Of a stretch of 61,717 nucleotides of DNA, positions 37,306 to 46,788 are shown piece by piece. Below the pieces are notes generated by a model. That model had not been told where the DNA came from, did not search any database, and saw nothing but the letters and a program-made list of their open reading frames with translations. This DNA is from a virus. Its lineage: Duplodnaviria; Caudoviricetes. The number at the start of each line of letters is the position of its first letter. Positions within the stretch are counted from its first letter, which is position 1. The stretch is from IMG/VR virus record IMGVR_UViG_3300037634_001516, positions 1-61,717 of that record, one strand, 5' to 3'. The translations under genes were made by a program, and so were the position numbers.

Positions 37306-37944
37306 ATGATTAAAAACTGGATAGCTTTATTAGGAGCAAACGCAACAGGCAAGTCAACCAGAGTAACAGAATACACTAAATCTCTCGGTACAGCAGACCG
37401 AGTTCTTGACTACACCTTTGAAAAGAATGGTGAGATGAAGACTATCAAGGGAGCAGGTCACATCTGGGGGGATATGATGGTAGTCGGTCGCCCAACAAGA
37501 GATGGCTTGAAGTGGGTCGGAGGAGACCACACTATGGGAGTCTTAGGTTCTATTGCCTGTGTTGAACAGTTCTTCATTGATATGGACGAACTGGGCATCA
37601 AGACAATGGTGTTTGAAGCTTATTTCGGCAACAACTCATCTATGTATCGTCCAGAGAGATTGCACCGATTCTTTGAGAATGTGCACCATTACTGGTTTCT
37701 CTATGATGAGTTGCAACAGTACATCGACCGTACCGAAAATCGATCTGGTCAGACTTGGGAAGAGAAAGGCAAGGATGCAGAGGCATCAGCTGGTTGGAAG
37801 AGTAACGTCTCTTACTTCAAGTCCTTAGCCATTAACTTCGAGCAAGTGGAAGGTACCAACAGCACTGTCCAACGGGTGGCTATTGACGCACCTAAAGATT
37901 GGCTAGTGGGCGAAATGAAGGATTTATCGAAAGGAGTATTATAA
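37306..37944 (+). CDS. P-loop kinase, probable 5-hydroxymethyluracil DNA kinase
   Basis: GANATGKST; VGR...GGD; VFEA; R...RS; adjacent to AADT. Confidence 0.72.
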   Translation: MIKNWIALLGANATGKSTRVTEYTKSLGTADRVLDYTFEKNGEMKTIKGAGHIWGDMMVVGRPTRDGLKWVGGDHTMGVLGSIACVEQFFIDMDELGIKTMVFEAYFGNNSSMYRPERLHRFFENVHHYWFLYDELQQYIDRTENRSGQTWEEKGKDAEASAGWKSNVSYFKSLAINFEQVEGTNSTVQRVAIDAPKDWLVGEMKDLSKGVL

Positions 37945-37947
37945 GCT

Positions 37948-38334
37948 ATGAGCAATAAACGGTTGCCCATTAAAGGCTTCGACCAGTACTGTATCGATGT
38001 GTCAAACCATCGCATATTCAACAAACACGGCAACTTAATCAAGCCGATGATCGACTCTAAAGGTCGCAGTTGTGTGCGCATGGTTGACTCAAACGGTAAA
38101 CGCAAAACGATAGTCTTGGCCACGATAACACGCAAGTTGGGAGGGATTCGCTCCGAACGAGAGGAGAACGTGGTGACTTTGTTGAAGTCGTACTACTACC
38201 TTATCAACAGAATTTCCGACCAAAAAGACAACGGGTACTGGGTTAGTGCTTTGCATAACGCAAATCCTACGATAGACCTTGAAGAAGTGGAGAGCTTCTT
38301 ACACGATATGCGTCCTAATAAAAGGATGCCGTAA
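37948..38334 (+). CDS. NUMOD4-like protein (degenerate HNH N-terminus)
   Basis: PIKGFDQY...IFNK.G..IKP...G...V.M....GKRKT. Confidence 0.5.
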   Translation: MSNKRLPIKGFDQYCIDVSNHRIFNKHGNLIKPMIDSKGRSCVRMVDSNGKRKTIVLATITRKLGGIRSEREENVVTLLKSYYYLINRISDQKDNGYWVSALHNANPTIDLEEVESFLHDMRPNKRMP

Positions 38335-38338
38335 GTGC

Positions 38339-38362
38339 TCAAAACACTGTATTATGAATAAA
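38339..38362 (+). promoter_or_regulatory. Putative phage RNAP promoter, copy 8
   Basis: TCAAAACACTGTATTATGAATAAA. Confidence 0.8.
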
Positions 38363-38635
38363 CACAGACTCACACATCCCGAGTTTGGGTTCTTATTCTA
38401 ACTTCGGTTAAGCCCAACGGGACAGCCGAAGATAAAGGTGTACAGCTGTTAGACTGTTCCAAGCAGATAAGACTAATAATACTGTAGACTGGGTTAAACT
38501 CCCAGATGCACTGCCACTGGGGTAGCAAGTAAAAGTACATTTATTCGGTTTAGAGGTAATCCGAATACGTAGCAAAACCTCTTACCTAACACAAAAATAT
38601 AGCTAATAATAGCTGTATTAATTAAAAATAAGACA
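38363..38635 (+). ncRNA. Candidate structured non-coding RNA or leader
   Basis: ORF-free ~270 nt directly behind the promoter motif; several stems and an H-type pseudoknot. Confidence 0.45.
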
Positions 38636-38649
38636 CTAAAGGTGCTATT

Positions 38650-38988
38650 ATGAAGACTAAATACTACAAAAAGGACTCAACAAACTACACTTTCTATATA
38701 CAAAAAGGCGAAATGAAACAGGTTGTCGAGAACATAACAGATCCAAATCCAACGATCTTTGAAGACACAACATCGGTTGAAGTACGTTTTAACGTCCTGA
38801 TTGAAGACAGTGATAGCTTCATGAAATACCACGCTTTGGACAAATACTTAAACATGCCAGTCACTATCGGTGTGGTCTATGGTAACGGTATCGAACTTAG
38901 ATCATCGTTCACTGTAAATAAGTACGAACGGAGATTCGGAAGTGGCAAAGGGCCAATAGTAACACACGTATTCCAAGGAACTAAATAA
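38650..38988 (+). CDS. Hypothetical protein
   Basis: AAGGT RBS, 112 aa. Confidence 0.7.
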   Translation: MKTKYYKKDSTNYTFYIQKGEMKQVVENITDPNPTIFEDTTSVEVRFNVLIEDSDSFMKYHALDKYLNMPVTIGVVYGNGIELRSSFTVNKYERRFGSGKGPIVTHVFQGTK

Positions 38989-39007
38989 CCATTAACAGGA
39001 GGATTCT

Positions 39008-39271
39008 ATGAGCGATTATCGTGAAATCACAACAGATTCAGGCAGTAGCCCAAACGACGATGCAATGTTTAATACCATTGGTGCTGAGATAGAACTTTCT
39101 GAGTTCAGAGCTATACAACAGCTTTTAATAGAAGACTACGGCCTACATCTTGACATGGATACTATCATCGATACGATGGAAGATGCCGGAATAGACTTCC
39201 TACATTGGAACTGGAATGCTGGATTAATGATCCATGAGGCAATCTACGACTTCCTTATAGAGGAGGAGTAA
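39008..39271 (+). CDS. Acidic hypothetical protein
   Basis: AGGAGG RBS. Confidence 0.7.
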   Translation: MSDYREITTDSGSSPNDDAMFNTIGAEIELSEFRAIQQLLIEDYGLHLDMDTIIDTMEDAGIDFLHWNWNAGLMIHEAIYDFLIEEE

Positions 39272-39273
39272 GC

Positions 39274-39459
39274 ATGGGAGTAACGACTACATCTAACTTA
39301 GACTGTGTTCGACAGAACGGTTTAAGTGTTACAATCCGTGAGCTTGAAGAGAAGATTGCACACCTTAAAACATACAAAGAAGATGTCGATGTCGAAGCTA
39401 TGGAGAGGACTTTAGCCAGTCTAAGACTCCAGCTGAAGAGGGAATTGGCACAATCTTAG
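39274..39459 (+). CDS. Hypothetical coiled-coil protein
   Basis: GGAGGAG RBS. Confidence 0.6.
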   Translation: MGVTTTSNLDCVRQNGLSVTIRELEEKIAHLKTYKEDVDVEAMERTLASLRLQLKRELAQS

Positions 39460-39472
39460 GAGGAGCTACACA

Positions 39473-40117
39473 ATGCAGTGGCGCAAAGATACAAGTGATA
39501 ATGTGACTAAAGAAGATCTGCAAAGACAACTAGAAAAGATGACTAAGCAGCTTCAACAGCACGGAATCGAAAACGAAGATGACCTTTGCTTTATCGAAAG
39601 TGATGGCCACAAGAACTATGATAAAAACCCTAACGGTAAGTACAAGAGAGGCAAATCTCCTGCACTCAAGAAGCAACAACAGATGTGGAAAGAAGATCCA
39701 AGTACACGTCCAAGAGGTGGCAGACCAAAGGGTTCAAAGAACAAGAAGACACTAAGACAAGAGCTGGTAGATAACGGTATGTTAACTCCTGCAGAATTCC
39801 TTGCTAGTGTGATGAATGATGAAGAACAGAACATGAAGATACGGCTCAGAGCAGCTGAATCAGCAGCACCTTACTATGACGCTAAACTGTCCTCTGTAGA
39901 GATGCACACTGATGACGATAACATATCTCCATTCAACATTCTACTGGCCAATAATGTGGTCGGTCAGAATGCCCTAGAGGGCGGTCTTACCATGTGCAAC
40001 GTGTGCACTAATGCACCTTGTAAATGTGATGAAATAAAAGCACTAGAGGATGCCGCAAATGAAGGCTATCTAGAGTACCAAGAGGATGAAGACTATGACG
40101 GTAATGACGACAAATAG
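39473..40117 (+). CDS. Probable terminase small subunit
   Basis: GGRPKGSKNKKT; TPAEFL..VM; RLRAAESAAPYYDAKL; upstream of TerL. Confidence 0.7.
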   Translation: MQWRKDTSDNVTKEDLQRQLEKMTKQLQQHGIENEDDLCFIESDGHKNYDKNPNGKYKRGKSPALKKQQQMWKEDPSTRPRGGRPKGSKNKKTLRQELVDNGMLTPAEFLASVMNDEEQNMKIRLRAAESAAPYYDAKLSSVEMHTDDDNISPFNILLANNVVGQNALEGGLTMCNVCTNAPCKCDEIKALEDAANEGYLEYQEDEDYDGNDDK

Positions 40118-40352
40118 TCAGAAGAAAGATCGGTTCTACAGAGTGCTCTATACTCCTCACTACACGTACTTCGAAGGTATCGAAGAAGAGATCAGGAAAG
40201 AGATACAAAAGCTCATTAGCGAGCATGATCTCTCTATCTGGTCTCCTGATAAAGTGACCAATATAGAGGTATTGAACGGTAAAGCCTACGGTCGTTGTGA
40301 GCTCTCTAGAGAGAGTACAGCCGAGGACTACCTCGTTCCGGACAGTGACTAA
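40086..40352 (+). CDS. Hypothetical protein
   Basis: Overlaps the end of TerS; start uncertain. Confidence 0.5.
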   Translation: MKTMTVMTTNSQKKDRFYRVLYTPHYTYFEGIEEEIRKEIQKLISEHDLSIWSPDKVTNIEVLNGKAYGRCELSRESTAEDYLVPDSD

Positions 40353-40478
40353 CATATCTCTGACTATACTTTTAAATACTTTTAAAAGATAAGTAAAAGA
40401 CCAAAGATAAGGGAAAATACTTAATAGTATTACTAACTTACTAATAACTTACTATCACATTTACTTGGACAACTCTTG

Positions 40479-40550
40479 TACTAACTCTACTACTAAACAT
40501 TACTAATAACTCTACTACTAAACATTACTAATAACTCTACTACTAATATC
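40479..40550. repeat. Tandem ~25-bp repeat x3 (TACTAATAACTCTACTACTAAACAT)
   Basis: Read directly; embedded in a TACTAA-rich tract. Confidence 0.85.
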
Positions 40551-40868
40551 TCTAACATATACTACTAAATGTCGACAGGCACGTACTAACATGCGTACTA
40601 ACATACGTACTAATACATGTGAGAGGATCCTGTAAGACATCGTGACAATGTGATCAAGGAATGCTGAAGACGTGTCTATTACCACTAGCCTCCAGCGATA
40701 CCTCCTTACCAATTAGCATACTTACACGCACACGTCCAAGTACACTCCAAGTAACCCTCCACATACATGTCCTCGGTACTCCCAGTACATGTCCTCCCTA
40801 ACACCAACACTCTTACGTATACTCCAGAGGATACCTCCACGTACATGTGGGAGAATATGTCCACGTAT

Positions 40869-40916
40869 ATGTCGGAGTATATGTAACAGTACATGTCGGA
40901 GTATATGTAACAGTAC
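40869..40916. repeat. Tandem 24-bp repeat x2 (ATGTCGGAGTATATGTAACAGTAC)
   Basis: Read directly. Confidence 0.9.
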
Positions 40917-41464
40917 ATGTGCTGACAGAAGAGAGTGGACATGTCCGGAACGTAGTGTGAGAGGAGACGGAGGAGTGGAGGTACAAGGACAGGAAGGGGG
41001 ACGTGTGGGGTGGAGAGTACGTACGGTAGAGTGGAGGAGAGGGTATCGCTAATGACCCCCCCCATTTTCTAAAACACGCTTTACTACCGCGCTAGTAATT
41101 TTACAGAATTTGAAAATCCCAAGGATACACACATGCCTCCCTAACTTAACTAACACATACACTTCCACACGTACTTCCACACACATGTCTACATAAGCTA
41201 TCAGCTAATGTGCTTAGCTACGCTTAGTGGCTACTGGCGTAAGCCTTGTACGATAATGCGCTCCAGAGAGTTCCAAGTAACACTCCAGAGGACTGATCAG
41301 ATATGTCTGACACACTGCCTTAGCTATAATTCAGACACATGTAGGAGTGATCCTTTTAGAGGCTAGTAGAATGCGTGTACGAAGCACGAATGGATGCCCT
41401 TAGAGGGATCCTTTTAAAACACGAGAACAGATAGCGTATAGCACGTTCCGAAGAGATAAAGATT

Positions 41465-42718
41465 ATGGATATTAAACTCACTGGCCCACAGACTAGTGTT
41501 TTCTCTGACACAACACGTTTCCGTGTTTGCTGTGCAGGAAGACGTTTCGGCAAGTCGTTCCTATCTGGAGCTGAACTACTGAATGCTGCTATTGGTGTCG
41601 ACAAAAGAACAGGTAAGCAACTGTCCAAGCAGACGGTTGTATACATAGCCCCTACGTTTGCAATGGCCAAACAGATCATGTGGGTATGGCTAAAAGAATT
41701 CGCTCCAAAGAATTATATCAAGAAGACCAACGAGTCTGATATGCTGATGGAGTTCAAGAATGGATCTACGATCTATTTAAAATCCGCAGAGAACTACGAT
41801 TCTCTACGTGGGCTTTCTCTGTCATTCGTCGTTTTAGACGAGGTGGCAGATATTGCCCCAGAGTGTTGGTCACTAGTAGTACGACCTGCTCTCTCTGACC
41901 AAGAAGGTGACGCTCTATTTATCGGAACACCTAAAGGTACTAATCATTTCTATGACTGGTGGCTTCAAGGCCAAGGTAGTAGATCTACTTGGAAGTCTTG
42001 GTCTTACACTACCCTCCAAGGAGGTAACGTAAGTGACGAAGAGATCGAAGAAGCTAAGCAAGATTTATCTCCAAGAGACTTTCAACAAGAGTACATGGGT
42101 AGCTTCGAAGCATTGAGCAACAGAGTTGTCGATATGTTTAACAGAGACCTCAATGTTATGCCTGTAGGAGATATGGGTGGAGAGATACTAATTGGGATGG
42201 ACTTTAACGTTTCCCCAATGACAGCTGTAGTAGGGAGTAGAGTAGGAGACCAGTTACATATCTGGAAAGAATACTACCAACAGAACTCCAACACTCGTTA
42301 TCTTATGGATGCGATTGTGAAGGATTTCCCTGATAGAGAGATAACAGTGTTTCCTGACCCAGCTGGTAAAGCGAGGAAGACTTCCGCGATTGGCGGCGAG
42401 ACCGATCATACGATCATTAGATCTTATGGCGCTAAAGTTGTTTCCCCTAGTAAGTCTCCACACGTGGCAGACGGACTGAACAATTTGAACACGATGATGT
42501 GCAACGGTAAGATGGAGAGGAGAATCCTCATAGACCCTAGCTGTACAAAACTAATCAAGTCACTAGATACTTGGACGTACAACGAAGACGAGAAAGATTC
42601 GCGACCTGACAAGAAGTCAGGGAATGATCACTTGCCAGATGCATTGAAATATTTGGTTTGGATGGAGTTCAGGATGAACGGTGGCCAAGCACGGAACATA
42701 CAGATAACAGGATTTTAA
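41465..42718 (+). CDS. Terminase large subunit
   Basis: AGRRFGKS Walker A; YIAPT; LRG; VVLDE; IGTPKG; GMDFN; DHLPDALKY. Confidence 0.96.
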   Translation: MDIKLTGPQTSVFSDTTRFRVCCAGRRFGKSFLSGAELLNAAIGVDKRTGKQLSKQTVVYIAPTFAMAKQIMWVWLKEFAPKNYIKKTNESDMLMEFKNGSTIYLKSAENYDSLRGLSLSFVVLDEVADIAPECWSLVVRPALSDQEGDALFIGTPKGTNHFYDWWLQGQGSRSTWKSWSYTTLQGGNVSDEEIEEAKQDLSPRDFQQEYMGSFEALSNRVVDMFNRDLNVMPVGDMGGEILIGMDFNVSPMTAVVGSRVGDQLHIWKEYYQQNSNTRYLMDAIVKDFPDREITVFPDPAGKARKTSAIGGETDHTIIRSYGAKVVSPSKSPHVADGLNNLNTMMCNGKMERRILIDPSCTKLIKSLDTWTYNEDEKDSRPDKKSGNDHLPDALKYLVWMEFRMNGGQARNIQITGF

Positions 42719-42719
42719 G

Positions 42720-43088
42720 ATGATATACGAATACGAATGTAAAACCTGCGAGATAACTCGCGAAGCTATGCGCAAGATGGCAGAGAGGGAGGATCCTCTT
42801 GAGTGTCTTGAGTGCGGAGGGAACATGCTTCCTATGATCACTGGTGGTGCAGGTTTCAAGATTAATGGTACTGGAGCATACAGCTCTGGTTACAAACACC
42901 ATGGCCCTAAAACCAAGTACGGTCGAGGAAGACCTGTTGGCCCATTGGATAAAAGATCCAAAGCTTACGAGAAGAACAAAGATGAAAAGGCGTCTTCGTA
43001 CTACGCTCCAGGACAAGGTTCTTGGTTGGCACAGGACACAGACAGACGAAATGAGCATAACGTGAAGAAAGATCAACACGGATTATAA
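42720..43088 (+). CDS. FmdB-like zinc-ribbon protein
   Basis: MIYEYECKTC...CLECGG...F..G.G.Y. Confidence 0.8.
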   Translation: MIYEYECKTCEITREAMRKMAEREDPLECLECGGNMLPMITGGAGFKINGTGAYSSGYKHHGPKTKYGRGRPVGPLDKRSKAYEKNKDEKASSYYAPGQGSWLAQDTDRRNEHNVKKDQHGL

Positions 43089-43111
43089 TCTAACTAATTA
43101 GGAGAGATTCT

Positions 43112-44719
43112 ATGCCATCAATGATAAGTACAAAACACCCCTTGCTGGTAGATAAGCTCGATCAGATTAGGAGAGCAAGAGATGCTCACAAAGGCACTGA
43201 TGCTATCAAGTGCTCGAACCATCCAAGTGGATTACCTCTAGATGAAGAGTACCTCCCAAGATTAGGTGGACAAACTTTAGAAGACTATGAAGCTTACAAG
43301 CGTAGGGCTGTATTCTACGCAGCGATGAACAGAACTGTTGTTGCATTAGTAGGTGCGCTATGCCGCAAGCCTGCAGAAGTCGACAATGGAGATGCGTTGA
43401 AAGCTTTTATGGAAGACGTCACAGGAACAGGTGTCTGTTTCGATGAATTCCTGAAGAGAATTGAAACTGAGATTCTTACTTCTGGCAGAGTCATCGTTTG
43501 TGTTGACAGAATGGATACAGAAGACAGCAACAGACCTTACCTTATCTGGTACAAGTCTGAAGAGTGTACTAATTGGTTCACTACTAAAGCTGCTAACTTC
43601 GCACACACTTTAAATAATGTAGTTTTCAAAGAGTCGTATTACGAGCCTTGTGAAGACAACAAGTACAAGCAAGAAGTTCGAGACCAGTATCGCGAATACG
43701 TCCTCGAAGATAACGGGAGGGTTACGGTAAACGTACACCGTCCAGCTAACAAGAGCAATGGCTCCACACCTTCAGAAATGGAAGAGTACATCATACACGA
43801 ATCTCGTGTTCTGACTAACCGAGGCAAAGACTTAGGTTTCTTGCCAGTTAGCATGATTGTGTCTTCAGGCGAGGACTACGAAGTACCAACCCCACCTCTA
43901 CTAGATTTGGTAGATGTTAACTTGGCCCACTACCGTAACAGCGCTGATTTCGAACACGGTCTACACTGGACTGCGTTACCGACTCCTTGGTTCTCTGGAC
44001 TAACTGACACCACTTCTAATATAGCTATTGGATCCGGTGCTGCTATTATCCTACCTGACCCAAGTGCATCTGCTGGATTCTTAGAATTCACAGGTTCTGG
44101 TTTGACACAAATCTCTGGTGCTATGAAGCACAAAGAGCAACTGATGTCTACACTAGGAGCGAGAATGCTAGGTTCTGGTATGGATCAATCTACTAGTGCT
44201 GAAGTTGTAAGGATTAACGTTTCAGGAGAGATCTCTGCGTTGATTAATATAGCTAAGTCTATAGGAAGATGTGTTAGCCGTACAATGAGAATGGTTGCGA
44301 TGTGGGAGAACGTTAAAGGTTCTGACAGCATCAATGTGTACATAAACGAAGATTACGTAGACACTAAGTTGGCAGCAGCCGACATCAACGCATTGCTTGG
44401 AGCATTCCAAGGAGGAGCATTGTCTCTCGACACTCTTCTGTGGAACTTGGAGCAAGGTGAACGTATACCTGTCGGACGCTCTGTTGAAGAAGAGCTGGCC
44501 CTAATCGAAGTAGGAGCACAACAAAGTGCCGAAGCTGAGATGGGAGAAGGAGGAGAGCCTCTCCCTGAAGAAGTCTCATTCCTCGACGAGGAAGAAAGCA
44601 CTGGAGACCTCATGCAAGATTTCTTCCAAGCTAACCACGGATTCGATGACGAGTACATGGAAGAGCAAGAGGAACAAAAGCGTTACGAGGATTCTCTAGA
44701 TCCAGACGAAGAGCTATAA
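43112..44719 (+). CDS. Portal protein (DUF4055-type)
   Basis: YLPRL...YEAYKRRAVFY; PPLLDLVDVNLAHYRNSAD; HWTALP; position after TerL. Confidence 0.92.
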   Translation: MPSMISTKHPLLVDKLDQIRRARDAHKGTDAIKCSNHPSGLPLDEEYLPRLGGQTLEDYEAYKRRAVFYAAMNRTVVALVGALCRKPAEVDNGDALKAFMEDVTGTGVCFDEFLKRIETEILTSGRVIVCVDRMDTEDSNRPYLIWYKSEECTNWFTTKAANFAHTLNNVVFKESYYEPCEDNKYKQEVRDQYREYVLEDNGRVTVNVHRPANKSNGSTPSEMEEYIIHESRVLTNRGKDLGFLPVSMIVSSGEDYEVPTPPLLDLVDVNLAHYRNSADFEHGLHWTALPTPWFSGLTDTTSNIAIGSGAAIILPDPSASAGFLEFTGSGLTQISGAMKHKEQLMSTLGARMLGSGMDQSTSAEVVRINVSGEISALINIAKSIGRCVSRTMRMVAMWENVKGSDSINVYINEDYVDTKLAAADINALLGAFQGGALSLDTLLWNLEQGERIPVGRSVEEELALIEVGAQQSAEAEMGEGGEPLPEEVSFLDEEESTGDLMQDFFQANHGFDDEYMEEQEEQKRYEDSLDPDEEL

Positions 44720-44776
44720 ATAAAAAGTAGACGGGAACTGTCTGCTTACTTTACCAAATGAAAAGGAGGCCAACCT

Positions 44777-46705
44777 ATGTGGGGGCTAGATAGTATTAAA
44801 GAAGGTCTGAAAGATGGCCTCAAGGCAACTAAGAAAGCTGCAAAAGAGTTTGCTCCTGCAGCAATGGCTTCTGAGTTGAACGTGTTCGAGAAAGCCCGAC
44901 TTGAGCTGAGAAGAACTCGGAATTCTATAAAGAGAAAACAGAGAGACTTGAAAACTGACATCATAACCGATAATCCTTGGAGAGCATTGGTAGGTCGTAA
45001 GAATATTATCGACCAAATGTTAGACGATCCAGCAGACTGGGCTGAGAGTAAAGAAGGACACGCTCTATTGAACGTAGCTTACTCTATTGAACTCGATGCA
45101 GTAGAAGCTCTTACCAAAGGAACAAGAGTTGCAGAGAAAGGTGCAGGAATTGCAGAAGAAGCTGCAGAAGCTTTTGTCCAAGAAGTTCACTCTAAGAAAG
45201 TAGCACTGACAGCCATCGCTCGTCGTATGCTAGACAATCCTGACGAGAATACTTCTAAAGCTGCGTCTTTTATGGCTGACGTTAACTACTTTGTAGAAGA
45301 ACACGGCCCTGACTTCATGAAAGCAGCCAAGACTCCTCCACCTAAGGCAGACGCCAACAGGCTGACACGAGCTGTCAAAGAGAGTGGGTTGGGTGATCTG
45401 CTTATGAAGAAAGCGGAAGAAGCTAAGGCTGCGCCAAGCAAAGTTATGGAAAATGTTAAGAAGAAGTCGGAAGAGTTCAAGTCTGAAGCACAAGAAGTTT
45501 TAGGAATGGAGCCTAGCGTTTTTGATAAAATGTTTTCAGCATTCGACTCCGCAGCAATCGCTGATGTAGTCAGTGAGAAAGTTGATCAAGTTAAGAAAGC
45601 TGCCAAAGAACTTACAAGAGAGAAGACTTTTGAAGAGAAGATGCTAGAAATGGATCAAGATTTTCAAGATGCTAAAGACAAAGCTCAACTTGATGCTCAC
45701 ATTGCACAGAGTGGTATGGGATTCGTCGAAGAGATGGTATTCCGTGCAGCTGTAATGCTTCCAGACGAAGCTCTTGACTTTATTGACAAGAAGATAAACG
45801 GCGACCCAGAGCAGATGATGAAAGATTCTGCAGCCACCATCAGAAAGCACTCCCATGAGGGAATGCTGGAAGCTATGTTAAAGGAAGAATCAGGAAGACC
45901 AGCTATATTGACTGAGAAGCCTGAGCGTTCTTTCTTCGGAGGACAACCTGACTTTGAGATATCCCCTCGGGAAATAAAAGATCTAAAGAATGAAGCGATC
46001 CAAGCTATCTTAGATGATCCTGAAGTGATGAAGGTTATCAAAGAGGCTACCAGTCACCCTAACTTGCAGAACAGAGAACGCGTTGATAAGGGAGCCATGA
46101 CTGAAGGCTTTACTGATCCAGAGTCTACTATGATGGAACAATCACTGGGTGCTACTATCGGAATGATCTCTGATGCTGCAGCTCCTGCGTTGCGAGCAAA
46201 GATAGCTGAGATAGCTTCAAACAAGTACAACTTGGTTGATGCTGGAGAGCTGAAAGCTATGCAAGGTTCTCTGAACAAAGCACTGGCTGCTGCTACTAAG
46301 GACGTAGTTAAGGCTGGCTATGAAGCAAACAATATCGGACTCAAAGGCAGTTTCGACAGAGCGATGAACAAAGCCGACCTGAGTAACGTTATGCGAAATG
46401 CTTCTATAGCATCTACAGCTTACACCACTGCTACAGAGAAGCAACACGGTTTGGGCAAATCTGAGAGATTGTTCGCTGGGCCGAAGGATAACAAGAATGC
46501 CATGACTGAGTCTGAAGGCGCTTGGGATTCTTTCACTGACGAACTAGCTGGTGACAAATCCTCCAGAGTAATGGAATCCTCTAATGCAACTTTAGATAAG
46601 CTGTCTGACGAAGAGATCACTGCTCGTGGACTGATCCGCATCAAGGGTTATACGAACAAGAGTGGCGTCAAGATCAAGACCCACTACCGCAAGATCAAGA
46701 AGTAA
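44777..46705 (+). CDS. Large helical protein in the head module, possible internal virion protein
   Basis: 642 aa, A/E/K-rich; C-terminal IKGYTNKSGVKIKTHYR basic motif. Confidence 0.7.
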   Translation: MWGLDSIKEGLKDGLKATKKAAKEFAPAAMASELNVFEKARLELRRTRNSIKRKQRDLKTDIITDNPWRALVGRKNIIDQMLDDPADWAESKEGHALLNVAYSIELDAVEALTKGTRVAEKGAGIAEEAAEAFVQEVHSKKVALTAIARRMLDNPDENTSKAASFMADVNYFVEEHGPDFMKAAKTPPPKADANRLTRAVKESGLGDLLMKKAEEAKAAPSKVMENVKKKSEEFKSEAQEVLGMEPSVFDKMFSAFDSAAIADVVSEKVDQVKKAAKELTREKTFEEKMLEMDQDFQDAKDKAQLDAHIAQSGMGFVEEMVFRAAVMLPDEALDFIDKKINGDPEQMMKDSAATIRKHSHEGMLEAMLKEESGRPAILTEKPERSFFGGQPDFEISPREIKDLKNEAIQAILDDPEVMKVIKEATSHPNLQNRERVDKGAMTEGFTDPESTMMEQSLGATIGMISDAAAPALRAKIAEIASNKYNLVDAGELKAMQGSLNKALAAATKDVVKAGYEANNIGLKGSFDRAMNKADLSNVMRNASIASTAYTTATEKQHGLGKSERLFAGPKDNKNAMTESEGAWDSFTDELAGDKSSRVMESSNATLDKLSDEEITARGLIRIKGYTNKSGVKIKTHYRKIKK

Positions 46706-46788
46706 TATTGAGATTGCTTAGGCGTTATACAATAGGGTATAATGCCTACTTACCTAAACAGCGTTCTACCAAAGAGGAGTTCGACTAA

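Noticed and set aside
38445-38480. Twister ribozyme-like GTTCCAAGC loop
   Set aside because: The remaining conserved twister elements and pseudoknot partners were not found
40430-40920. CRISPR-like or mini-array interpretation of the repeats
   Set aside because: Repeats are directly tandem without unique spacers; no cas genes
40518-41065. ORFs in the TerS-TerL spacer
   Set aside because: Low-complexity translations of repeats with no RBS
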